Shown here piece by piece: positions 23,329 through 30,623 of a DNA stretch of 30,623 bases. The stretch's first letter is position 1; every line of letters begins with the position of its first letter. Both the position numbers and the translations under genes were made by a program. The notes under the pieces are model-generated. The model ran no database searches. It had not been told where the DNA came from and saw nothing but the letters and a program-made list of their open reading frames with translations. The DNA comes from a virus (Duplodnaviria > Caudoviricetes): positions 1 through 30,623 of the IMG/VR virus record IMGVR_UViG_3300005739_000090. One strand, given 5' to 3'.

Positions 23329-25488
23329 TCAGGCGGTGGTCACGTCGAGGATGGCGGCAAAGCTCTCCGCATGGCGGACAGCCACGTCGTAGGTGATGAT
23401 CCCGCGAACGCTGGTCAGAGCCTTGCTGAAGTCATCCTGATCCTCACCCACGGTGATCTCGAGGCCGTTGCCCCAGAAGCCAACCATGGCCTGCGAGAAG
23501 TCACCCATCAGCACAGCAGAGCAGACGCCGCTGCTGGAACCCTTGGTGAGGTTGCTGGGCACCTGGTTGGTGACGCCGATGGGGTAGCCGTTGATCTCGG
23601 AACCGGCAGGGCCGCGGCCGAGAGCGTTGGGCACCTGGTTCACCAGGAAGGGGCCGTCGCCGGTGGTGGAACCACCTGCGCGCAGCTTCTTCAGGGCGCC
23701 CATGACCTTGGCGTTGGTGACATAGGCCACGGCATCGCGATTCACGGCGCCGTTGTCGATCATCACTTCGGTCTCGAGGTCCACCAGCTTCTCCAGGGTG
23801 ATGGCGCCACCGTTGGTGCCCATCGCCACGGAGCCGATGCCGGATGTCTGCATGATGCCGGTGGGCTGGCCGCTGGAGCCAGAACCGTTCAGGATGCCGA
23901 GATCAACAGCCAGGTTCAGGCCATCGGTCAGGTCACGGCGCACCAGCTCCTCGATGCCAGGGGTGCCCTGCAGCAGGGTCTGACGGCTGTACTTGGACAG
24001 GGCAGCCAGGTTCTTGGGAGCCATGGTCACCTGGTCGAAGGTGGACTCCGACTGGGTGATCGCGGTGGTCTGGGTGCTCAGGTAGTAGGTCGAGGCCACA
24101 CCGGAGCGGCGGGGAATCGCCACGTTGCCGACCAGGCCAGGCATGGTGCGAACACCAAGGCTGAGCATCAGGGAGCCGTTGCGCAGCGCCTCGATGAAGT
24201 CATCAGCCAGCAGATCGGTGGCAACCAGGTTGCCGCCGGTGGTGGGGCCGGAGGTCACATAGGTGGCGCGCTTGCTCAGGGCAGAGAAAGGCACGAAGAA
24301 GGAGCGCTCAGCGGTCTTGCTGATGCCGGACTTCTCAACCTCGCGGGACAGCTCGCGCACCAGGCCAGCCTCGCGGCTCGACCAGTCGCCAGTCAGGGCA
24401 GCGCGGATGCCGGCGGTGAGGCTGTAGCCAGCGCGCTCTTGGGCAGCCATCTCAACGGGGGCCACGGTCTCGACAGGCTTGGCGCCAATCTTCTCGAGCA
24501 CAGCGGCACGAGCCTCATCGAGGCTGCGGCCACCCTCGATCAGCTGGCGGCCGAGATCAGCCATGCCGTGCTTTTCGGTCAGAGCAGTGATGCCGGAGAT
24601 GCGGGCGCGCTCAGCTTTGGCAGCCTCAGCAGCCGCTTCAGCCCGCACCGCCGAGATGTCGGGGGTGTTTTCCATCGGAACCTCAGGTTCTGTTTCGGGG
24701 GTTGGTGATGCGGCTGGGGCCGCAGGATCAGTCTCAAGAGACCGACCCACACCCACAGTGGGGTCTGCAGGTATGCTAACCACGCTCACTTCATACGGAG
24801 CCCAGCTGGTAGCGACGAAATCACCGCTGCCGCGTTGCTCCATTTCGTTGATCGCGTAGCCAAAACTCACATTACGCAGTACGCCGTCGCGCACATCTGC
24901 AAGCACTTCTTGCGCGAACGCATTGCGGCTGAACTTTACCTTTGCGTAGCCGCGCTTCTTCTTACCGTCGATCCACGCGCGCTCGACCACTCCGACAACC
25001 TTGTTCGGGTCGTGGTTGAACAGCAGCGGTGCACCATCGTTTAGGCGGCCAAGGTCAGCGCTGCGCTCATCGTGAGACAGCACCTCCTTGCCGAAGTAGC
25101 GCTCGACCGGATACTCGGAGCTGAACGGAAACTCGATCGTGCGCTCATCCACCTCCTCAAAGGTGGTCATCTCTGCGCGAGTGAACTTCACCGCAGCAGC
25201 ACGCAACGCCTCGATCTTGGTGAGCGCCGAGAACCGATGCCCAACCAGACGATCGCTGGCCTCCCATCCGTCCTCGCCCTGGCGGTAAACGCGGATCAGC
25301 GCAGCAGGGTTTTCCTCAGTGCCGTTCACCTCAAAATCAGAATCCGGCACATCGATGCGACCTTCACGCACCACGCGCTCGATCTTGCCCTGGCTGCGGC
25401 CGCCGGAGCTGTCCCAGCTGACAAAATCACCGACCTTTAATGCGTCGGCCTCTGCGCGTTCCATCGTTTCGGCTGCTATTTCGTTCAT
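23329..25488 (-). CDS. prohead protease - major capsid protein fusion (HK97 fold) with extra N-terminal domain
   Basis: PLLFNHD, GVLRNVSFGY, PYEVSVVSIPAD (protease); GG.LV.T, F.QVT..PK.L, ILNG.G...QP.GI, GDFSQ (capsid). Start at 25488 or 25464. Confidence 0.93.
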   Translation of the reverse strand: MNEIAAETMERAEADALKVGDFVSWDSSGGRSQGKIERVVREGRIDVPDSDFEVNGTEENPAALIRVYRQGEDGWEASDRLVGHRFSALTKIEALRAAAVKFTRAEMTTFEEVDERTIEFPFSSEYPVERYFGKEVLSHDERSADLGRLNDGAPLLFNHDPNKVVGVVERAWIDGKKKRGYAKVKFSRNAFAQEVLADVRDGVLRNVSFGYAINEMEQRGSGDFVATSWAPYEVSVVSIPADPTVGVGRSLETDPAAPAASPTPETEPEVPMENTPDISAVRAEAAAEAAKAERARISGITALTEKHGMADLGRQLIEGGRSLDEARAAVLEKIGAKPVETVAPVEMAAQERAGYSLTAGIRAALTGDWSSREAGLVRELSREVEKSGISKTAERSFFVPFSALSKRATYVTSGPTTGGNLVATDLLADDFIEALRNGSLMLSLGVRTMPGLVGNVAIPRRSGVASTYYLSTQTTAITQSESTFDQVTMAPKNLAALSKYSRQTLLQGTPGIEELVRRDLTDGLNLAVDLGILNGSGSSGQPTGIMQTSGIGSVAMGTNGGAITLEKLVDLETEVMIDNGAVNRDAVAYVTNAKVMGALKKLRAGGSTTGDGPFLVNQVPNALGRGPAGSEINGYPIGVTNQVPSNLTKGSSSGVCSAVLMGDFSQAMVGFWGNGLEITVGEDQDDFSKALTSVRGIITYDVAVRHAESFAAILDVTTA

Positions 25489-25489
25489 G

Positions 25490-27034
25490 CTACGGGGCTT
25501 CGTTGTCACTAATCGGCTCGGCATCGGCTACCGGCTGCACAGGTTCGAGCTCAACCTCCTCCGGTTGCTTGCCGCCGTTGCCGTCTAGCTGATCAGGGTC
25601 GGTGTCGAAGTAGAGCTCGAGCTCCTCAGCCATCTCCAGCTCAGCCGCCCTGGCAGCCATCAGCTCCTCAAGGTCGCCGCCTTGCTCTGACACCACTTCG
25701 CCAAGCGTCTTGAAGCCGCAGCGCACGGCCTCCTTGTACGCCTGCACCTCCTTGGCCGGATCCACCCATGCCCAGCCGCGTGGCATCCACCGCACCATCC
25801 GGTAACGCTCGGGATCGGTCTCATAGGCCGGCAGGTTCAGCACACCGCTCAGCACGGCCATCTCGAGCCATGCTTCAAACACCGGCTGGTGGAAGTTCTC
25901 AATCAGGTACTGCTGCAGCGCGCGCCAGTGGTCGCGATCCTCAAGTAGCGACAGCCGGCTGCTGCTGTAGTTGCTCTGGCTGAAGTCCCGTGAGATCGAC
26001 TCATAGGAGCAGCCCACACCGGCCGCCATCGCCCGCAGCATCGCCCGCAGGAACGGCTCGAACTGCCCATCAGGAGCATCTAGCTGCGGCACCGTCACCG
26101 ACTCGCCCGGCGCCAAGTACTTGAACACACCGGGCTCGAAATTGCTTACCCGCTCGCCGTCGTAAACCTCATCGCCCTGCAGCTCGCCTTCATCGCTGGT
26201 GATGAAGCCCATCAGCGCGCTCGAGGCCCGCGCGCGGATCACCTCGGCCTCCTCATAGCCCTGCAGGTGGTGCAGCCGCTGGATCGCAGTTGCAAGCCAC
26301 GGCACACCGCGCGTCTGGCCCGGCCGATCCATCAGATACAGGTGGATGATCTCATCAGCAGGGACCAGCTTGTGCCGCGGTCCCGGCTGCCCCTGAAACG
26401 GGCTATCGCCAGGGTGCTTGTTCAAGAAGGCGTATTGAACCGGCCGGCCCCACTTGTCGCACTCAACGCCCATCCGCCACTCGTTGCCGTCCACCGTGCT
26501 CTTGCCGGTGTAGGTGTCGTCCAGCAGATCGGACTCGATCACCTCAAGCGAAAACGCCACGCGGCTGCCGCCAAACGGTTGGCGCACCTTGCGGATGAAC
26601 ACCTCGCCCGACTCGCACATCGAGCCGATCACCAGCCGCTCCATGTCGTGCCAGCTCAGCCGGCCGCCGGTGTGGCAATACTGCTTCTTGCTCCACTGGC
26701 GCCAAGCGCGCTCGATTGCATCGTTCACCGGCTGATCCAGTCGCCCACCACCGCGCTGCATCCGCACCTGCGCCTGCAGCTTGATGCCGGTGCCCACCAC
26801 GTTGTTGCGCACTGCACGCACCGCTTGGCGCGCGTAGTCGTTGTCACGCACCAGCTGGCGCGAGCGGTTCCGTAGCCGCGGCAGGCTGCCCTTGATTTCA
26901 GCATCGGCTGAGGTGCTTTGCGTCACCCAGTCGCTGGTCAGGCGGCTGACCGTTGCGCCCTGGTACATCCGGCGCCGCGGCTGCTCAGGGGCGCCGCGCT
27001 GCAACCAGCCGAGAATCGAGGATCGGATGCCCAT
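25490..27034 (-). CDS. portal protein, lambda family
   Basis: LR.RSR.LVRDN, VG.GI, RPGQ.RGVPW, G.SYE..SRD.S..NYSS.R, WVDP.KE. Confidence 0.96.
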   Translation of the reverse strand: MGIRSSILGWLQRGAPEQPRRRMYQGATVSRLTSDWVTQSTSADAEIKGSLPRLRNRSRQLVRDNDYARQAVRAVRNNVVGTGIKLQAQVRMQRGGGRLDQPVNDAIERAWRQWSKKQYCHTGGRLSWHDMERLVIGSMCESGEVFIRKVRQPFGGSRVAFSLEVIESDLLDDTYTGKSTVDGNEWRMGVECDKWGRPVQYAFLNKHPGDSPFQGQPGPRHKLVPADEIIHLYLMDRPGQTRGVPWLATAIQRLHHLQGYEEAEVIRARASSALMGFITSDEGELQGDEVYDGERVSNFEPGVFKYLAPGESVTVPQLDAPDGQFEPFLRAMLRAMAAGVGCSYESISRDFSQSNYSSSRLSLLEDRDHWRALQQYLIENFHQPVFEAWLEMAVLSGVLNLPAYETDPERYRMVRWMPRGWAWVDPAKEVQAYKEAVRCGFKTLGEVVSEQGGDLEELMAARAAELEMAEELELYFDTDPDQLDGNGGKQPEEVELEPVQPVADAEPISDNEAP

Positions 27035-27624
27035 CAGAAGCGCACGAACAGGTTATGGGGGTTGCCGAGCCCATTAGCGGCCAAGGCCGCCGCCTGCTCG
27101 CGCTTCACCTCGGCCTTCAGTTTGCCCTCCAGCGCCAGCAAATCGGCTAGCTCGTACTTCTTCAAGCTGCGCGCGCCGATCTTGTACTCAGACACCGCAC
27201 CGCCCGAGATGATCGTGCGGATCGCGGCTTGCACAGCGTCAAGATCCTTCTGCGCCTGCGTGCGGCCGTCGAACGCGCTCGGTTGGCCCGTGTAGTCGAG
27301 GCCGGCCTGCACCTGCAGCTGGCCAGCGCCCAGAGTGGTGACAGCGCCGCCAACATTGGCCGTTGCTACCGCCTGCCAGAACCACAGACCAGCCACAAAG
27401 CCGTCAGTGGTGGCCGCGGCAATCGTGAACTCCCACCCGCTGCCGCTTGGTGTGCCCTGCACCGTCACACCAGCCACAATCGCGCCCTGGTGGTTGGTGT
27501 TAGTCCGCAGGTAGTACGTCAGGGCGCTGTTGCTGCCATCGATCGGATTGCCCAGCGTGTCCCGCGCAGCGACATCTCGCCACTTCACCGTGTCGCCGGC
27601 TCTGATTTGCGCAGGAATGTTCAC
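27034..27624 (-). CDS. head completion protein (gpW-like C-terminus) with N-terminal beta-rich extension
   Basis: Between TerL and portal; C-terminal L....AAI......G.V..Y.I..RSL....LA.L. Confidence 0.7.
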   Translation of the reverse strand: MNIPAQIRAGDTVKWRDVAARDTLGNPIDGSNSALTYYLRTNTNHQGAIVAGVTVQGTPSGSGWEFTIAAATTDGFVAGLWFWQAVATANVGGAVTTLGAGQLQVQAGLDYTGQPSAFDGRTQAQKDLDAVQAAIRTIISGGAVSEYKIGARSLKKYELADLLALEGKLKAEVKREQAAALAANGLGNPHNLFVRF

Positions 27625-27630
27625 GGCGCC

Positions 27631-29505
27631 TTACCAGTGGGTTGCAAACGCCGGCGCTGCGGCTTTCCTTGATCTTAGCCGCGGCTTCTCGCCGCCAACA
27701 GCGGCACTCTGCAGCCTTGCTTCCAGCTGATCCCAGATGGTTCTCCGGTCGTACCGCGAATACATCCGATTTAACGCCGCATAGGCGTACACCAAGCAAT
27801 CCAGCGCCTCATTCCTCGCGCTTGGTTTCTTCACCCATTCCCTAACCGGAAACCCCTTCACATAGCGCAGCGCCTGCTTCTCCGCCGTCAGCTGCTCGAA
27901 ATACTCCTCGCCCGTCTGCGCGTGGAAGTGCAGGTAGCCCTCGCCGATGTCGTTGTGCTTCAACCGGCCGAACAGCGTGGTCTTGATCGTGTCGCTGCCC
28001 ACCGGCCACACCTGCGCACCACGCTTCAGCGTCTGCCCCTTGGCGTTGATGTCCACCTTGCCCGGCTTGCCGATCGGTGGTTTGCCGCGCTGGCTCTGTC
28101 CCTTGATCGCAATCACACCAGCGCCCTGCCGCTCACGCGCGTACTGGTACACCTCCGCCGTCGCGTGGCCGCCGGAGTCAACCGCGACCACATCGGCGCG
28201 CAGCTTGCCGCCACCGGCGTGCTCCCATTCGTGCAGCACCAGCAGGTCCAGCTGCTTCCAAACTTCCGCTTTGCACGGGTCGCCGGCAATCTCCTGGTGG
28301 TCGATCAGCCAGCCCTCCTCGCCGCGGCCCCATCCCCACACGCTCACTGCAATGCGGTCACCCGCTGATCCGCCACCACCCTGCACGTCCACGCCGATCG
28401 TCACCGCCAGCACGCCCTCCGGCAGCTTGCCCTGCGGATACGCCTCGCAGCGCTGCAGCAGCGCATCGGCGCTGACCTTGCTCGCAAAGTCCTCCTCCCA
28501 CGTCTCCGCCAGCCGCGTGTTCACAAACGACTTCAGCATCGGCGCGTCAGCCTTCGCCCGCAGGAAGTCGTCCACCATGTCCGCCCAGCTCAGCCAGCCG
28601 AGCGGGCTGTAGAGCCCCGACAGCTGAAACCCAGCCGTCTTGCCGTCGCTCGGTGCCGTTGCGCGCCACTCGCCTTGCCGCAGCATCGCCGGCTTGTGGA
28701 TCTCAGCAAACCGCTCACCGCAGTGCTCGCACTCATAGGCCGCCGTCGCCGGGTCGTTGTGCTCCCACTTCAGCTGCGGCCATTTCAGCCACTGCATCGC
28801 ACCACAGCTGGGGCACGGCACATAAAACCGCCGCTGATCGCTGCGCTCGAACTCCGCCTCGATCCGGCTGAAGTCCTTCACGGTCGGCGTGCTGGTGAGC
28901 AGGATCTTGCGCCGTGCAAACGTCGTCGCCCGCTTCTCCGCCAAGCTCACCGGATCGCCTTCGCCATCCACATCCAGCGGAAAGGCGTCCACCTCATCGC
29001 AGAAGATGTAGCGGCACGGTGTTGAGCGCAGGCCGGTGGCCGAGTTCGCACCTGTCAGCAGCATCATCCCGCCGGGGAACTCCTTGCTGAACATCGTGTT
29101 GCCCGAGTCACGGCTCCGGCTCGGCGCGATCTTCTCCGCCAGCACCGGCGTCTCCGTGATCAGGCTTTCCAGCCGCTGCTTGCTCAGCCTCTTGGCCATC
29201 TCCACGGTCGGCTGCACCAGCAGCATCGGCCCCGGCGCGTGCGCGATCACATAGCCCAGCCAGTTTGAGCCACTCTCGGTCTTGCCGGTCTGCGCCGCGA
29301 ACATCATCACCACCCGCTGCACGCTGCTGGTCGTGCTTAGGCAGTCCATCGGCTCCCGCAGATAGGGCGTCCGATTCGTGCGCCACGGTCCCGGCTCCGC
29401 GCTCGCCTTGCTGCTCAGCCGCCGGTGCCGATCCGCCCACTCGCTCACCGTCAGCGGCTGCTCAGGCCGCAAGCCATCCATGAACGCATCGCGCCACACG
29501 CTCAT
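27631..29505 (-). CDS. terL: terminase large subunit (lambda gpA family)
   Basis: W...RTPY.REPMD, AQTGKTE (Walker A), FCDEVD (Walker B), STPT, CPSC/CEHC, GVDVQ, DSGG, RNEALDC..YA. Confidence 0.97.
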   Translation of the reverse strand: MSVWRDAFMDGLRPEQPLTVSEWADRHRRLSSKASAEPGPWRTNRTPYLREPMDCLSTTSSVQRVVMMFAAQTGKTESGSNWLGYVIAHAPGPMLLVQPTVEMAKRLSKQRLESLITETPVLAEKIAPSRSRDSGNTMFSKEFPGGMMLLTGANSATGLRSTPCRYIFCDEVDAFPLDVDGEGDPVSLAEKRATTFARRKILLTSTPTVKDFSRIEAEFERSDQRRFYVPCPSCGAMQWLKWPQLKWEHNDPATAAYECEHCGERFAEIHKPAMLRQGEWRATAPSDGKTAGFQLSGLYSPLGWLSWADMVDDFLRAKADAPMLKSFVNTRLAETWEEDFASKVSADALLQRCEAYPQGKLPEGVLAVTIGVDVQGGGGSAGDRIAVSVWGWGRGEEGWLIDHQEIAGDPCKAEVWKQLDLLVLHEWEHAGGGKLRADVVAVDSGGHATAEVYQYARERQGAGVIAIKGQSQRGKPPIGKPGKVDINAKGQTLKRGAQVWPVGSDTIKTTLFGRLKHNDIGEGYLHFHAQTGEEYFEQLTAEKQALRYVKGFPVREWVKKPSARNEALDCLVYAYAALNRMYSRYDRRTIWDQLEARLQSAAVGGEKPRLRSRKAAAPAFATHW

Positions 29506-30044
29506 CGCTCCACCTCCACCAGCGACAGCAGCGCATCACGGTGCTCATCGCTCAGCAGCTGGTGGATCACCGCCGGATCGGTTTCACCCGCCAGCTGGTG
29601 GCTCAGCCGGTCAGCCAGGTTCGCCAGCGCCTCACGGATGCTCCGCCCCACCTGAAAGGCGTCCTTCTTCACCTCCTCGGCCGGCACCAGCTCACGCCGC
29701 TGTTGCGCCACCTGCAGCTTGCTTAGCTCCGCCTGGTAATGCTCGCGTCTCGCGCGACTCTCATTGAGATCCGGGATCGCGTCATCCGGCAGCGCCTCGA
29801 TCCGCTGCCGCAGCTCCCGCGGTGTCCGCGGTGCCGGCTCCTCGATCGGATCAGCCTGGCTCACCTTCGCGTTATGCGTCGCCTTGGTGTTCTTGTTCCA
29901 AAGCTCGAGCGCTAGGTCGCGATCCAGCCACCGCTTGCCGTCTTTCTCTACAACGGCCGCGGCGATGCGGCTCTTGCTCGCCGCCGTCACCGTGCCTTTT
30001 GCGCAACCTTTCAGCGCCGCAAACTCACTGAACGTGACCAGCAA
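29502..30044 (-). CDS. terS: terminase small subunit (Nu1-like)
   Basis: N-terminal HTH and a coiled-coil ARARRE.Y.A.L..L......ELV-type segment; GTGA overlap with TerL; TTG start. Confidence 0.8.
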   Translation of the reverse strand: MLVTFSEFAALKGCAKGTVTAASKSRIAAAVVEKDGKRWLDRDLALELWNKNTKATHNAKVSQADPIEEPAPRTPRELRQRIEALPDDAIPDLNESRARREHYQAELSKLQVAQQRRELVPAEEVKKDAFQVGRSIREALANLADRLSHQLAGETDPAVIHQLLSDEHRDALLSLVEVER

Positions 30045-30060
30045 ACAGATCTCGCCTTTT

Positions 30061-30220
30061 AGTTCAACAGAATGGTAGTGAACTATTGAACTCTCAAACG
30101 GGTGGGGAGGTCTATGCCCGTTTGTCTCACTCTGCGTCCCGTTTGAGACCGTTTTTTTCTGACGCTAGAGACAGCGCGGGGTGGCGAAATACCCTCGATC
30201 TTTCTGAGGGGGAGGACCCG
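30061..30220 (-). promoter_or_regulatory. cos: putative cos packaging site (cosQ-, cosN- and cosB-like parts)
   Basis: GGGTCCT (identical to lambda cosQ) at 30213-30219 on the minus strand; GGGT-N8-ACCC dyad at 30179-30194; 11-bp inverted repeat at 30092-30102/30138-30148; lies just upstream of terS. Confidence 0.7.
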
Positions 30221-30230
30221 TGAGATCGAC

Positions 30231-30326
30231 TGCGGCGCAAGGGATCTCAGCGATTGCCTTACAACGATGGCGTGATGTCATCAGGGCTTGCAGTTGAGAA
30301 CGCTTGCGGCGCAAGGGATCTCAGCG
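30231..30326. repeat. 22-bp perfect direct repeat TGCGGCGCAAGGGATCTCAGCG x2
   Basis: Copies at 30231-30252 and 30305-30326. Confidence 0.9.
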
Positions 30327-30623
30327 CCCGCCCAGCCTGCGCTGCAGCTCGGCCTCCACGGCCCGCCGCACCTCAGCGCCCCATGCCCGCTGGAAGCCCT
30401 CCATCAGCACCTGCCGCACTGGGAACTGCGGCCGCCTGACCTTGGGGTTGGGGTCAATCGTGAACACCCGGCGCAGCTCCTGCCCGCCGCGGCCTGCCCT
30501 GGTGAAGATTGCCTTGGTGCTGCTGCCCTGCTTGACGGGTGCCACGAAGTACTGCCGGCCCTGCCCACCTTGGCGAGCGGAGCCCAGCACCTTGGCGTAG
30601 GCGCTGATCGTGTAGTTGCCTGC
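30321..30623 (-). CDS. 3' part of a phage gene, possibly gpZ-like tail completion protein (5' end outside the window)
   Basis: Frame open to the window edge; basic, ending in an amphipathic helix. Family call is weak. Confidence 0.5.
   Translation of the reverse strand, partial: AGNYTISAYAKVLGSARQGGQGRQYFVAPVKQGSSTKAIFTRAGRGGQELRRVFTIDPNPKVRRPQFPVRQVLMEGFQRAWGAEVRRAVEAELQRRLGGR

Noticed and set aside
23371-24708. Long plus-strand ORFs antisense to structural genes (e.g. 445 aa here, 18038..19231, 5866..6831, 16386..17300)
   Set aside because: Expected antisense open frames from strong GC3 bias; no recognisable motifs.
30231-30326. Mini CRISPR array
   Set aside because: Only two 22-bp copies with a 52-bp gap, one overlapping a stop codon, and no cas genes in the window.

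Overview
About 30.6 kb of a GC-rich temperate, lambda-like siphophage genome. The gene set recalls freshwater Synechococcus/Cyanobium-type siphoviruses, but that is from memory and not searched. Minus strand, 30.6 kb to 4.9 kb: a partial gpZ-like gene, a cos-like packaging region, small and large terminase, gpW-like protein, lambda-type portal, and a protease-major capsid fusion. These are followed by head-tail and tail genes (tube, G/GT chaperones with a -1 slippery site, tape measure, M, L, K, I, J), two fibre genes, a fibre chaperone, a lysis cassette and dCTP deaminase. A NUMOD4-HNH endonuclease is inserted antisense between the lysin and dcd. Plus strand, 1 to 4.9 kb: a coupled run of small hypothetical genes and a tyrosine integrase with an intact attP (3' half of tRNA-Lys(TTT), arm repeats, IHF-like boxes). 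Intact attP and cos indicate a free or circular genome rather than an integrated prophage. Top leads: (1) a holin-like gene ending in A-AAA-AAG whose start-less -1 frame runs into the endolysin ATG, suggesting a frameshifted holin; (2) an antisense cassette of acidic protein, small HNH nuclease and about 200 nt of structured RNA containing an H-type pseudoknot; (3) a circularly permuted M23 peptidase inside the tape measure protein; (4) an attP/integrase module that appears to point to a different host group than the rest of the genome.
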